The notes: generated from the sequence alone by a model not told the origin. Counted from the stretch's first letter, positions 30,548 through 41,153 are shown. The stretch: 64,000 nucleotides of DNA from an uncultured Candidatus Berkelbacteria bacterium (GCA_963698075.1 OY969116.1:83881-147880); one strand, 5' to 3'. Made by a program: numbers and translations.

Positions 30548-30695
30548 AAATTTAAAGTTTTCTGGCTTGTCCTGAGCGAACGAAGTGAGTCGAAGGGCTT
30601 ATTCCTCGACTTTGCTCGGAATAAATCTTTCGTTTTGCTCAAGATTTACAGTAGCGTGACTGCCCCGGATTTCCACCGGGATTACCCTTAAATTT
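30548..30695 (-). promoter_or_regulatory. Cobalamin riboswitch
   Basis: Minus strand AGGGTAATCCCGGTGGAAATCCGGGGCAGTCACGCTACTGTAA...AAGCCAGA; closing stem AAATTTAAGG/CTTTAAATTT; terminator-like element 30478-30535; upstream of B12-related genes. Confidence 0.85.
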
Positions 30696-30716
30696 AGGTT
30701 GAATTATTAAAGTGAA

Positions 30717-31121
30717 TTATTGTAGCTTCTCGAATCGCCAGTCGATTTTGTCGTTATTTTTAGTCTGGTACTGATCAGAACTAACCGAAGCCAGCTCGTT
30801 ATTGACATAAAACATCCAGTAGCTGTCATTGGTATTGGCCGTACCATCGATTGAGGTGACAAAGACACCCATAGAGGAATCCTCTGCTTTGACATCGTGG
30901 CTGGCTTTCAAAATATCCAAGGCAGTTTTGCCCTCTTGACCATCATAAGCAAGAGTCTTTTCGACTACCGGCTGAAATTGATTGGCAATGCCCGAGACTG
31001 TTTTGTTCACCTGTTTTTTGGAAACATAATTTCCGAGCAGACTGCCGCCAATAATCAAAATTGCCCCCAAAATGATAATGGCAATAAGATTCAACAGTCC
31101 CCATGAGTTCTTCTCAGACAT
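30717..31121 (-). CDS. Second DUF4430 protein
   Basis: TALDIL..GVFVTSIDG..YWMFYVN. Confidence 0.85.
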   Translation of the reverse strand: MSEKNSWGLLNLIAIIILGAILIIGGSLLGNYVSKKQVNKTVSGIANQFQPVVEKTLAYDGQEGKTALDILKASHDVKAEDSSMGVFVTSIDGTANTNDSYWMFYVNNELASVSSDQYQTKNNDKIDWRFEKLQ

Positions 31122-31199
31122 ATTTGCTCCCTTTGTCTAGAAATTAATTTGTTAATACATTCTCAACTTAAAGTTGGAATCCAATTGTGTCAAGACCCC

Positions 31200-31739
31200 T
31201 CAATATTCGATTCCCTTCCTGGCTTTAGTGCCTTTGTCAAAAGGGTGCTTAATTTTTTTCATCTCCGTTACCAAATCAGCGATTTTTTTGAGACGAGCGT
31301 GCGCTTTTCGTCCAGTTAATATTACTTCAGCGGTAGACTGTAGTCGGTCAGCTGTTAGCAATGTTATAACTTCATTAATATCGATTAACTCGAACCAGAT
31401 GGCGACGTTGATTTCGTCGAGGATGACAATATCGTGCTCGCCAGCATTAATAATTTCGGCGGCCCTTTTAAGGCCTTTTTGAGCGGCTCGTTTGTGGGCT
31501 TCTTTTGGTTTTTTATCCTCCATTATTTTATAGTAGCCAATGCCGAAAGACTCGATAAGTATGGGAAGGCGATATTTTTTGATGGCTTTGTGTTCTGAAT
31601 AATCCCCTTTTTTCATAAACTGCACAATTGCCACTTTTTTTCCGGCGCCAATTGCACGTAGCGCCAATCCCAAAGCCGCCGTGGTCTTCCCCTTTCCATC
31701 ACCGGTGTAAATATGAATGAGACCTTTTTCTTTTTTCAT
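31200..31739 (-). CDS. btuR: Cob(I)alamin adenosyltransferase (CobO/BtuR)
   Basis: YTGDGKGKTTAA, VQFMK, ILDE, LTGR, KHPF..GIEY. Confidence 0.93.
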   Translation of the reverse strand: MKKEKGLIHIYTGDGKGKTTAALGLALRAIGAGKKVAIVQFMKKGDYSEHKAIKKYRLPILIESFGIGYYKIMEDKKPKEAHKRAAQKGLKRAAEIINAGEHDIVILDEINVAIWFELIDINEVITLLTADRLQSTAEVILTGRKAHARLKKIADLVTEMKKIKHPFDKGTKARKGIEY

Positions 31740-31952
31740 ACAGACATATCATAATCGTTAAATATCGGGTTCGCAAATATTAACACCGAAAATAATATTC
31801 TCATATTCTGCAGAATATCGGAATCGTTGGTAAGGATAATCCCTTAAATCTGCTCCAGCATAAATAAGGGATAATAAATAGATTGGGATATAGTTTTTTT
31901 AGATACGAAAACGCCGCCCCCGGAATGGGAACGGCGGTTCGTTACTTAGAGA

Positions 31953-32333
31953 CTACTTCTTGTCGGGGTGCACGCCGGTTATACCGGCATACTTGAAGGC
32001 CTCGAGGGCCTTCACGCAGTCCTTGCACGGCACGCGCTTCTCGGCTTCCATCTGCTCGAGGGTAGCGAACTCTGTGGAGCCTATTGGGCTTGGCAGATGC
32101 TTGCCACAGGCGGCGGTATAGCCGCTGGCAGCATAGCCTCCATCGGAGTAGTTGACATAGTGGGCCGGAGCTTCCGGGTCAGTTTTGTCCCAGACGACCC
32201 ATTGGCAGAGTCGAGCGGTTGGTTGCGGTGGCTCCTTCTTGGATAGCTCGAATATCAGGCAGGGTACAAGTATAGGAGCCAGGAAGAGGACAACCAACAA
32301 CATTGGTGCGTGTGCGTTTTCTCTTTCGCCCAT
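31953..32333 (-). CDS. GC-rich hypothetical membrane-anchored protein with Cys motifs
   Basis: AAGGAG RBS; own TTGACA-N17-TATAAT promoter (32493-32521); terminator 31910-31940. Confidence 0.7.
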   Translation of the reverse strand: MGERENAHAPMLLVVLFLAPILVPCLIFELSKKEPPQPTARLCQWVVWDKTDPEAPAHYVNYSDGGYAASGYTAACGKHLPSPIGSTEFATLEQMEAEKRVPCKDCVKALEAFKYAGITGVHPDKK

Positions 32334-32582
32334 CGACTTTCTCCTTTTGTTCATATGAGACAAGTGATTTATCCACCGTATCGGCGGATTTGTAGTCTCC
32401 ATTCTGCCCAAGATAAGAGAGCTTCTCGAGCAGGAAGGAGACTATAAGATTTTAAGGTCCAAATCAGTTATATCCGATCCTGAAACTTTATCATTATAAC
32501 ATAAAAAAGCTCGAATGTCAAGACGCTAACAGGTTAACCTATACGATATTTTATGCTGGAGCGCAAAAAGTAGTATACAATC

Positions 32583-35120
32583 TTACGAGCACTTACTATA
32601 CCCACAAAAATTACATTTCAAACATCCCTCGCCGAGTTCGAGGATTCCGCCACATTCTGGGCAGGCCGGGGCGTCGCCGTAGTCGGCGATTGAACCAACT
32701 TTTGGCTTGGGTGAAAAGCCGTTACTCATGGCTAAATTATCTTGAGCAATATTGGCATCAGCGGCGGCTAGGTTTCCTTGATCTAATTTGGGCTGCTCGG
32801 CGGTTTCATAGGCTAAATCAAGTTTGACTAGTTCTTTCTGAATGTGTTTTTCCAAAACCTTAGCAATCGCATCTGGCAAAGATAAAATCATCGTCCCATC
32901 GTCACCCCACGTCGGTGTCGGCCCGCGAATGCCTTTGAGTTGATTAATAATTTCTTGGGGGTCGATCCCGGAGCGCAGGGCCAAAGAAATCATCCGGCAA
33001 ATGGCTTCCGCTTTAGCGGCAAAAAAGCCGCCGGCTTTGCCTAAGTGAGAAAAGATTTCAAAGGGTTGACCATTTTCATCGTCGTTAATCGTCACATAAA
33101 GTTTGCCGTAGGCGGTTTTCATTCGATAAGTATATCCGTGAATGATGTCCGGTCGATCGCGCGGAACAATTTTGACCGCCCCGGTGGCCATGACTTTTTC
33201 CGTTTCACCTTCCTTGACTTCCTCGGTCTTGGCGGTGGTAAAGACCTGCGTTTCCCGCGAGCCGTCGCGGTAAACCGTTAGGCCTTTGCAGTTCAGTTTA
33301 TAAGCCAGGAGATAGGCCTGTTTAATATCTTCAACGTTGGCTGAGTGAGGAAAATTAATGGTTTTGGAGACGGCGTTATCGGTATATTTTTGGAAAGCTG
33401 CTTGCATTTTAATATGCCACTCTGGCGAAATATCGTGAGCGGTCACAAAAACTTGGCGGATTTTGGCAGGGATTTCCTCAAAATCTTGAATTGAGTTTTT
33501 GGTGGCGATTTTGTCCATCAATTGAGGGCTATAAAAACCTTCTTCTTTGGCGAATTTCTCAAAAGTCGGATTGACATAAATTTGCTCTAACTCGGCCGTG
33601 CCGTCTTGTTTCCAAATCGATTTTTTCCTGATTACAATCGCGAAAAATGGTTCAATTCCGCCAGCGCAGCCGCCGAGTAAACTAAGCGTTCCGGTGGGAG
33701 CGATCGTCGTAATGGTCGAGTTGCGGCGAGGCGTTTTATTACGATAAATGCTTTGTGCAATATTCGGAAAAGCTCCTCGGGTCTTGGCCAGATTTTCCGA
33801 GGCCTTCACTCCCTCATCATGGATAAATTGCATGATTTTTTCGGCTAGTTTAGTCGCCCTTTCGGAGTTATAGGCAAAGCCCAACTCGGCCAGGAGATCA
33901 GCAAATCCCATCACTCCTAAGCCGATTTTCCGATTACCTTTGGTCCAGCGTTCGATTTCTGGCACAAAATAGCGGTTGGCATCAATGATATTATCCATAA
34001 ACCTGACCGCCAGTTGGGTCACCTGACCTAACCTTTGCCAATTAACCTCATTGTTTTTGATCATCACTGCTAAATTGATTGAGCCTAAATTACATGATTC
34101 ATAAGGCAGCAGTGGTTGCTCGCCGCAGGGATTGGTTGATTCAATTGCGCCTAATGCCGGTGTCGGATTATCCTCGTTCATTTTATCAATAAAAATAATT
34201 CCCGGATCGCCATTTTTCCAGGCATTGTCGCAGATCCGCTCAAAAATATCGCCGGCGCGAAGCTCGCCGGTAATCTTTTTCGTGCGAGGGTTGATTAAAT
34301 CGAATGGTTGATTTTTGGCAATTTTAACCATAAAGTCATTGCCCACCGCCACTGATAAATTAAAATTTAAAAAAGACTTCCCGTCAATTTTGGCATCAAT
34401 CCATTTTTCAATGTCGGGATGAGTAACCGGCAAAATTCCCATGTTGGCGCCGACCCTCACCCCGCCCTGCATCACTTCGTGAGCCATGGTATCAAAAATC
34501 CGCATAAAGGAAAGCGGACCGCCGGCCACGCCGCCAGTTGAGCCGACTTTATCGCCGTGAGGACGCAAACGCCCAAAAGAAAAACCGGTGCCACCACCAC
34601 CCTTGTGGATTAAGGCGGTGTTTTTTAAAGCATCGAAAATCCCTTCCATTGAATCTTCAATCGGGACAACAAAACAGGCGGCTAACTGATGAATTCTTCG
34701 GCCAGCCCCGCGAAGCGTTGGCGAATTAGGGAAAAATTCCAGCCGGGCCATAAGCTCATAAAATTTTTGGGAAACCTCGAGGATTTCTTCGGCGTTTTGG
34801 CCATAAAGTTCTTCGGTTTGGGCAATTGTCCAGGCAACTCTCACTAAAAGATCTTTGGCGGTTTCCTCTTCTTCACCCTCTTCTTTGGCTAAATAGCGTT
34901 TGCCAAGAATTTCTAAGGCATTGGAAGAAAATCGCGGTTCTTCCAGAGTCTTTTCGATATCCCAGAGCGTCTTAGTTGGTTTTTTTAATTTGATCTCTTT
35001 TTTAATAATCTTTGTTGGGGCTTTTTTAGGATTATCAAAAAGAGTTTCAAAATTAGTTTCGTCTGTATTCAAAAGTGAAGCAATCCTCACCTTTTCCGGT
35101 TTCATCAGTTCATTACCCAA
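32583..35120 (-). CDS. nrdJ: Class II (adenosylcobalamin-dependent) ribonucleotide reductase
   Basis: PNSPTL, TNPCGEQPL, TIAPTGT, TVYRDGSR, C-terminal TSCPD and zinc ribbon. Confidence 0.95.
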   Translation of the reverse strand: MGNELMKPEKVRIASLLNTDETNFETLFDNPKKAPTKIIKKEIKLKKPTKTLWDIEKTLEEPRFSSNALEILGKRYLAKEEGEEEETAKDLLVRVAWTIAQTEELYGQNAEEILEVSQKFYELMARLEFFPNSPTLRGAGRRIHQLAACFVVPIEDSMEGIFDALKNTALIHKGGGGTGFSFGRLRPHGDKVGSTGGVAGGPLSFMRIFDTMAHEVMQGGVRVGANMGILPVTHPDIEKWIDAKIDGKSFLNFNLSVAVGNDFMVKIAKNQPFDLINPRTKKITGELRAGDIFERICDNAWKNGDPGIIFIDKMNEDNPTPALGAIESTNPCGEQPLLPYESCNLGSINLAVMIKNNEVNWQRLGQVTQLAVRFMDNIIDANRYFVPEIERWTKGNRKIGLGVMGFADLLAELGFAYNSERATKLAEKIMQFIHDEGVKASENLAKTRGAFPNIAQSIYRNKTPRRNSTITTIAPTGTLSLLGGCAGGIEPFFAIVIRKKSIWKQDGTAELEQIYVNPTFEKFAKEEGFYSPQLMDKIATKNSIQDFEEIPAKIRQVFVTAHDISPEWHIKMQAAFQKYTDNAVSKTINFPHSANVEDIKQAYLLAYKLNCKGLTVYRDGSRETQVFTTAKTEEVKEGETEKVMATGAVKIVPRDRPDIIHGYTYRMKTAYGKLYVTINDDENGQPFEIFSHLGKAGGFFAAKAEAICRMISLALRSGIDPQEIINQLKGIRGPTPTWGDDGTMILSLPDAIAKVLEKHIQKELVKLDLAYETAEQPKLDQGNLAAADANIAQDNLAMSNGFSPKPKVGSIADYGDAPACPECGGILELGEGCLKCNFCGYSKCS

Positions 35121-35231
35121 ATTACCTCCTTAAGGAGAGAGAACAAAAACAAACATCAGATTAGGAAGGGCTTGCCCCGCTTAAGGGGCGCTGATGTCTG
35201 TTTTTGTTTTTATCTTTAAACGATTTTCAAT

Positions 35232-36332
35232 TTATTTCAGTTTTCTTCTGATGAAGGCTGGCACCTCTAACTCATCTTCCAGCTTTTCTTCTTCTTCTGT
35301 TTCCACCAGTTCCTCTCGAAGTGGTGTGGGGCTACTTTCAGCCGTAGCGGTCATTTTTTCCAAACCCGGTCGTGGCGGTTTATCAATATCAAAACCAGTA
35401 GCAATGACGGTAATTTTGATTTCTCCGGACATGGCCTCGTCAATGATAGCGCCAAAAATGATGTTGGCGTCAGGATCCGCCGCCTCCGTAATCGCTTTAG
35501 CGGCTTCGTCAATTTCATACATCCCCATGTCAGTGCCGCCAGTAATATTGAAAAGTATTCCTTTGGCTCCATCGATCGAAAGTTCAAGCAAGGGGGAATC
35601 AATCGCCGCCCGGGCCGCTTCAATTGCCCGATTGTCACCGGAAGCGCGACCAATGCCCATCAACGCCGAACCGGCATCAGCCATGATTGTCCGAACGTCG
35701 GCAAAGTCGACATTAATAATCCCGTGCAAGGTAATTAAATCAGAAATACCCTGAACGCCTTGACGGAGGACATCATCGACAATTCCAAAAGCGTCAAATA
35801 ATGAAGTTTTTTTATCGATAATTTGCAAGAGACGGTCATTAGGAATCGTGATTAAGGTATCAACTTTATCTCTGAGTTCTTCAATACCGAGTTCGGCCAC
35901 CTTCATGCGGCGTTGTCCCTCAAAAGTGAAGGGTTTGGTGACCACGCCGACAGTCAGGGCCCCTAGCTCTTTGGCAATCGAGGCGACCATTGGCCCAGCC
36001 CCTGTGCCAGTTCCCCCACCTGATCCGTACGTAACAAAGACCATATCCGAACCCTTAATGGCCTCATAAACTTCGTCCTTATTTTCTTCGATTGATTTCC
36101 GTCCGAGCTCAACATCAGAACCAGCGCCCAAGCCCCGCGTCGTCTCTTTGCCAATTTGAATTTTGATCGGCGCCTGGTTATGGACTAGCGCTTGAGCGTC
36201 AGTATTAATGGCGATGAATTCAATGCCCTTGAGCTTATGGCTAATCATCCGGTTAATGGCATTGCCGCCCGAACCGCCGACGCCGGCCACCCGGATGGTG
36301 GCGAAAGATTCAATTTCCGAACCTTTTTCCAT
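35232..36332 (-). CDS. ftsZ: Cell division protein FtsZ
   Basis: [22 protein letters not shown]. Confidence 0.98.
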   Translation of the reverse strand: MEKGSEIESFATIRVAGVGGSGGNAINRMISHKLKGIEFIAINTDAQALVHNQAPIKIQIGKETTRGLGAGSDVELGRKSIEENKDEVYEAIKGSDMVFVTYGSGGGTGTGAGPMVASIAKELGALTVGVVTKPFTFEGQRRMKVAELGIEELRDKVDTLITIPNDRLLQIIDKKTSLFDAFGIVDDVLRQGVQGISDLITLHGIINVDFADVRTIMADAGSALMGIGRASGDNRAIEAARAAIDSPLLELSIDGAKGILFNITGGTDMGMYEIDEAAKAITEAADPDANIIFGAIIDEAMSGEIKITVIATGFDIDKPPRPGLEKMTATAESSPTPLREELVETEEEEKLEDELEVPAFIRRKLK

Positions 36333-36384
36333 TGATAATTCCCTAATTTAGGGCCTGCCCTGAAGTTTGGCAAAAGCCAATACT

Positions 36385-37608
36385 TTAGGGCAAAAATTGT
36401 TTAAAAAAGCCTTTGGCTTTACCTAGGATACCCGTGCCTCCCTCACCCGCAAATCTGGCTGACATATGCTCAAAACCCCAGAGCATCAAGCCGACACTTG
36501 TAGCATACACAGGATCAGATAGCTTGTCAACAAATCCCCCCAGTTCAAAACTTTGTCGACCCAACTCCGCCGGCAACCGTAAATATTCTTTCGTCGCTTC
36601 GACTAAATCTTCTAACTTCGAGCCCCCGCCTGTCAAGACCACCCCAGCCGGAAGCATCCCATCTTTGCCAATGGTTCTTAATTCTTGACCAACGAGCGAG
36701 AAAATTTCTCCTAATCTTGCCTGAACAATTTCACTTGTATATTTTCTTTCGATTTTTTCGGTCTCGCCGGCGTCAAATTCTCTTAAACTAATTGTTTCGG
36801 ATTCACGAATTTTATCAGGGATGGCTGAGGCATATTTGATTTTAATTTTTTCGGCTGTCTCCACGGAGGTCCTCAGGCCAATGGCTAAATCATTGGTAAT
36901 ATGACCTGAGCCAATTGGCAATACCGCCGCGTGCAAAATGTCGCCTTCTTCAAAGATAACAATTGAAGCAGTTCCTCCGCCAATATCTAAAAGACAGGCT
37001 CCAATTTCTTTTTGTTTTTTGGAAATCAAACTTTGGGCTGTCGCTAGCGGCGCAAAAACTAAATCTTCCACATCAAGGCCGGCTTGATAGACACATTTAG
37101 TCAAATTTTTGATTGCCCCAGTTGCTCCGGAAATGACCAACGCCTCCACCTCCAACCGAATACCGGTCATCCCGACTGGATCCTCAATTTTTTCTTGACC
37201 ATCAACAGTAAAAGAACGGGGAAGACAGTGCAGAATCTCACGATTGGGTGGCAAAGCGACGGTCCTGGCGGCCTCGATGACTCTCTCGACATCTGAGGCA
37301 GTAATTTCTCCATCGGCTCTGGCGACAGCGACCACTCCTTTAGAAAGACTAGTTTGAATATGTGGTCCGGAAATTCCGACAACGCCCGCGGAAATTCTCC
37401 TGGCCGAAATTGTCTCTAATTTTTCCAGAGCCTCAGAGATACTCGAGACCGTGTCTTCAATATCAACCACCACGCCCTTGCGGACACCGTTGTTAGGGAC
37501 TTTAACGAACCCGGCGATATTGATCATTCCCTCAACAATCTCTCCACAAGTGATGGCCACTTTGGTGGAGCCGACATCTAAACCTACATAGAGATTGTCT
37601 TTGGGCAT
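36385..37608 (-). CDS. ftsA: Cell division protein FtsA
   Basis: GLDVGSTKV, DIGGGT, LTGGGS. Confidence 0.96.
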   Translation of the reverse strand: MPKDNLYVGLDVGSTKVAITCGEIVEGMINIAGFVKVPNNGVRKGVVVDIEDTVSSISEALEKLETISARRISAGVVGISGPHIQTSLSKGVVAVARADGEITASDVERVIEAARTVALPPNREILHCLPRSFTVDGQEKIEDPVGMTGIRLEVEALVISGATGAIKNLTKCVYQAGLDVEDLVFAPLATAQSLISKKQKEIGACLLDIGGGTASIVIFEEGDILHAAVLPIGSGHITNDLAIGLRTSVETAEKIKIKYASAIPDKIRESETISLREFDAGETEKIERKYTSEIVQARLGEIFSLVGQELRTIGKDGMLPAGVVLTGGGSKLEDLVEATKEYLRLPAELGRQSFELGGFVDKLSDPVYATSVGLMLWGFEHMSARFAGEGGTGILGKAKGFFKQFLP

Positions 37609-37681
37609 TCGACACCCTCCTGTTTACATTCTTGCTTCAATCATAACAAAAAATTCGTTTTTATCAAAATTTCCTTGAAAC

Positions 37682-38023
37682 TCAATGATGTTTGCCAATA
37701 AGATGTCTCAAAGAATGTCTAACGAGCTTCTCGAGCCGCCCAGCAAGACTAGTTTCTTGGGGACAAATAATGATATCCCCCAAGTCAATCTCCCCTCTTT
37801 TAGGCATTTCCTCGGGGTTTGGCCAGATGGGAAAACTTAAAACATCAGTTGACTCATCACGCTGGCGATATTTTTTGTTTAAGTCGCGTATTTTTTGGCT
37901 CGAGACAAATTGGACATTAACCGAAGCTTGAGGATTAATTCGATATTTTTCTAAAAAATCTTTTACTACTTTTTTAATTAATAAGTGATACCGAAGGGGA
38001 ACATTAATAAAATTTGTCTGCAT
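37682..38023 (-). CDS. ybeY: rRNA maturation RNase YbeY
   Basis: LNKKYRQRDESTDVLSF, GDIII, HSLRHLIGKHH. Confidence 0.88.
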   Translation of the reverse strand: MQTNFINVPLRYHLLIKKVVKDFLEKYRINPQASVNVQFVSSQKIRDLNKKYRQRDESTDVLSFPIWPNPEEMPKRGEIDLGDIIICPQETSLAGRLEKLVRHSLRHLIGKHH

Positions 38024-38033
38024 TTTTTCTAAA

Positions 38034-38489
38034 TCAATTTGAAAGCTCTTCTTTGACGATTCGTGAAACCGTGGCGCCGTCAGCTTGGCCCTTAAGTTCC
38101 GCCATAATCGGGCCCATAACTTTGCCCATATCTTGGGGGCCAGACGCACCAACTTTTGCGATTGTCTTTTTAACTTTAACGCGAATTTCTTCCTCTGATA
38201 CCGGCGCTGGCAGATACTTTTTGAGAATCTCAATTTCACCTTTTTCTTTACTGGCTAACTCCTCGCGGCCACCTTGTTGATACATTGCAATTGAATCTTG
38301 GCGGGATTTGACCTCTTTTTGAATCACCCCGACAACATCACTGTCTTGCGGCTCTTTTTGCTGGGCACGATTGGCAATTTGCCAATTATGGATGGCTGAT
38401 TTTACCATTCTCAAAGTTGAGACCCTTATCTCATCTTTAGATTTCATCGCTTCGGCTAAATCTTGATCAATTTGTTGAAGTAATGGCAT
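38034..38489 (-). CDS. GatB/YqeY domain protein
   Basis: AMKSKD, YLP, DMGKVMG. Confidence 0.92.
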   Translation of the reverse strand: MPLLQQIDQDLAEAMKSKDEIRVSTLRMVKSAIHNWQIANRAQQKEPQDSDVVGVIQKEVKSRQDSIAMYQQGGREELASKEKGEIEILKKYLPAPVSEEEIRVKVKKTIAKVGASGPQDMGKVMGPIMAELKGQADGATVSRIVKEELSN

Positions 38490-38512
38490 AACTTTCCTTT
38501 TAGTGAGTCAAA

Positions 38513-38650
38513 TACCCTCAAAAGTGGCTATCGCAGGCCGAAAAGCAAGGTTTCTGAGCGTAGCGAAGAATTTTTGGCCGAGATCGCAGGCACCGATTGC
38601 GCGCTGGAGCAATCGTAGTGCCGGCATCTTTTGACGGGTATTGGCGAGCG
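38513..38650 (-). repeat. ~140-bp dispersed structured repeat, family A copy 1
   Basis: Reverse complement nearly identical to 59644-59790 and 62128-62273. Confidence 0.9.
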
Positions 38651-38655
38651 AATAC

Positions 38656-38877
38656 TTAATATCCTCTTTTAATTTTACGTCTGATGGCTTTACGCCGCGC
38701 GGCCTCCCTGATTCTTTCGCGTGATAATACTCTTTCGCGAAAACGTCTTTTTTTCATTTCCGTCAATATCCCGCTTTGCTGGACATCACGAAAAAAGCGC
38801 CTGAGCATCACTTCAAATGGTTCGCCGCTTCTTTGGCCTCTATCCTGACCTTGATAACGTTGTGTTCTGTAATCCAA
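38656..38877 (-). CDS. rpsU: 30S ribosomal protein S21
   Basis: EPFEVMLRRF..VQQSGILTEMKKRRF; located upstream of yqeY. Confidence 0.85.
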   Translation of the reverse strand: MDYRTQRYQGQDRGQRSGEPFEVMLRRFFRDVQQSGILTEMKKRRFRERVLSRERIREAARRKAIRRKIKRGY

Positions 38878-38930
38878 ACTGATTCACCACCTTCCAATGA
38901 GATAATTATATCATCTGAATTTAATATTGT

Positions 38931-39269
38931 CTATAAGTTGTGTTGGCCCTTACCGCTTAAGAGATGAAGGTGAAGATGGTCAACTATTTGGCCAGCACCC
39001 CTACCGGAGTTAATAACAATTCGAAACCCTTCTTTGGCAAACCCCTTATCTTTGGCGATTTTTCTGGCAACAAAAACCAGTTTGCCAGCCAGTAATTCCT
39101 CTTTCTGGGTTAATTCATTCAGTGAAGCTATGTGTTTTTTGGGAACAATCAAAATATGGACTGGCGCCTTAGGATTAATGTCATCAAAAGCAATAACATC
39201 TTCGTCTTCGTATTGAATTTTCGCCGGAACTTTTTTGGCGGCAATTTGGCAAAAAACGCAATCATTCAT
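38931..39269 (-). CDS. HIT-family nucleotide-binding protein
   Basis: DCVFC, HLHLHLL. Confidence 0.93.
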   Translation of the reverse strand: MNDCVFCQIAAKKVPAKIQYEDEDVIAFDDINPKAPVHILIVPKKHIASLNELTQKEELLAGKLVFVARKIAKDKGFAKEGFRIVINSGRGAGQIVDHLHLHLLSGKGQHNL

Positions 39270-39685
39270 ATTACCCTCTTCCCCCTCAAATATTTAACCC
39301 AATTTTCTTTAATCCATCTCTTTTCTAATTTTAGCAGATCTTTCAAGCCGCGGTCTACTAATTCGCGGCGCACCACCCCGCCTTGATGAGGATAGTGATG
39401 ATATTGCTCATGAGGAGAACAAAACCCATGGGCGTAGTGGGTTAATTCATGGGCTAAAACACCGTCAATCACAAATTCAGGAATTTCTGGATCAATAAAA
39501 AAGCCGTTAATAGTAATAATAGTATTAGGGTTATCTTTGCGCCGACCAAATTTAATCGATCCTAACCGTGTTCTCGTCGGCCGACCGAACTTAACAAAAA
39601 CATTATTGGCCACGGCGACATCAGGAAAATATCTCTGCCAGATCATCGCCAGTCTATTTTTAAGCCATTTATGATCGCGTTCCAT
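39266..39685 (-). CDS. SprT-like zinc metalloprotein
   Basis: HELTH...H motif. Confidence 0.75.
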   Translation of the reverse strand: MERDHKWLKNRLAMIWQRYFPDVAVANNVFVKFGRPTRTRLGSIKFGRRKDNPNTIITINGFFIDPEIPEFVIDGVLAHELTHYAHGFCSPHEQYHHYPHQGGVVRRELVDRGLKDLLKLEKRWIKENWVKYLRGKRVI

Positions 39686-39697
39686 AGTTTAATTCTA

Positions 39698-40930
39698 TCA
39701 TTTTTTACGATAATATTTTCTACCTTTTAAATTCTTCGGCAAGAACTCGAGTTTTTTCTGAAAATCTTGATCATCCGTCCATTTATACCCTTTGCCATAA
39801 CCTAAATCTTCCATTAAATCCGTAACCGGATTTCTTAAATGTAACGGCACTGGCTCCAGACGTTTTTCGTCAATGTCTTTCATTGCCGCCATTAGTCCGT
39901 CATATGACGCTCGGGATTTTGGAGCCGTGGCTAAATAAGTAGTACATTGGGCCAGAATTATTCCTGCCTCCGGCATCCCCACCATATGAACGGCTTGCAT
40001 TGTTGCCGTGGCCACAACTAAAGCCGTTGGTAAGGCATTACCAATATCTTCGGAGGCAAAAATCACCATTCGTCGGGCAATAAAAACCGGATCTTCGCCG
40101 GCTTTAATCATCCGCGCTAACCAATACAAAGAAGCATCCGGGTCAGAACCGCGCATTGATTTAATGAAAGCGGAAATCGTATCGTAATGCCAATCGCCTT
40201 TTTTATCATAGTAAATCGCCTTTTTTTGGACCGCTTCTTCAGCCACCTTTAAAGTAATATTTTTCGAGGTATAGGCGGCTAATTCTAAAGCATTGAGAGC
40301 AGTTCTGGCATCCCCGTTAGCTTTTTTAACAATAAAATCAAGGGCATTTTTTTCGAATTTATGCTTAGGAAAATACTTTAAAGCCCGCCGGATGAGTATG
40401 GCAACATCTTGATCAGTCAGGGCATTTAAAACAAAAACTTGAGAGCGCGAAATCAAGGGCGCATTGACTTCAAAGGCAGGATTTTCAGTGGTGGCGCCAA
40501 CTAGAATAATCGACCCGTTTTCCACAAACGGTAAAAATGCATCTTGTTGGGCTTTATTAAAACGGTGAATTTCATCAACAAAAAGAATCGTTCTCGTTTT
40601 GTTAAACTTGAGACGATCTTGCCCTTCCTTGGTAATCCGACGAATATCCGCTACACCGGCGGTCACTGCCGAAAACTGTTCGAAAAAAGACTTTGTGTAT
40701 TTGGCAATCAACCGTGCCAGAGAAGTTTTCCCCGAACCCGGTGGGCCCCATAAAATTACCGAAGAGATCTGGCCTTTTTCGATCATTTTTCGCAAGGGCT
40801 TATTCTTGCCAACAATATGTTCTTGGCCGACAAATTCTTCCAAGGTCTTCGGCCGCATTCTCTCGGCCAAGGGGGCGACCGAGCGGATGGTGCTTTCTAA
40901 GTTTTGCTCAAAGAGATCGGGCGTCTTCAT
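39698..40930 (-). CDS. rarA: Replication-associated recombination protein A
   Basis: [38 protein letters not shown]. Confidence 0.95.
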   Translation of the reverse strand: MKTPDLFEQNLESTIRSVAPLAERMRPKTLEEFVGQEHIVGKNKPLRKMIEKGQISSVILWGPPGSGKTSLARLIAKYTKSFFEQFSAVTAGVADIRRITKEGQDRLKFNKTRTILFVDEIHRFNKAQQDAFLPFVENGSIILVGATTENPAFEVNAPLISRSQVFVLNALTDQDVAILIRRALKYFPKHKFEKNALDFIVKKANGDARTALNALELAAYTSKNITLKVAEEAVQKKAIYYDKKGDWHYDTISAFIKSMRGSDPDASLYWLARMIKAGEDPVFIARRMVIFASEDIGNALPTALVVATATMQAVHMVGMPEAGIILAQCTTYLATAPKSRASYDGLMAAMKDIDEKRLEPVPLHLRNPVTDLMEDLGYGKGYKWTDDQDFQKKLEFLPKNLKGRKYYRKK

Positions 40931-41020
40931 CGTATTTGTATCATAACAAATCCTCAAAACAAAAAAAGACCTTTGGGTCTTTTAGGTATAATACAAAATT
41001 CCTCTCCCACTCGCACAACG

Positions 41021-41087
41021 CCTGCCCGCCGTAGCTCGCACTGTAAGTAGAGGACGTAGTCCCTTTTACAGTAAGAGCGCAGGTGGG
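41021..41087 (-). repeat. Family C repeat copy 2
   Basis: Homologous to 1438-1500. Confidence 0.7.
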
Positions 41088-41153
41088 GCATCTTTTTTAG
41101 TACTAAAAACTATTCCCTAACAAGAAAAACGGCTTCCTGCGGGAGAATAATCT

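Noticed and set aside
35141-35210. Long hairpin between ftsZ and nrdJ considered as a riboswitch
   Set aside because: No cobalamin or other aptamer consensus; more simply a terminator or stabilising stem.
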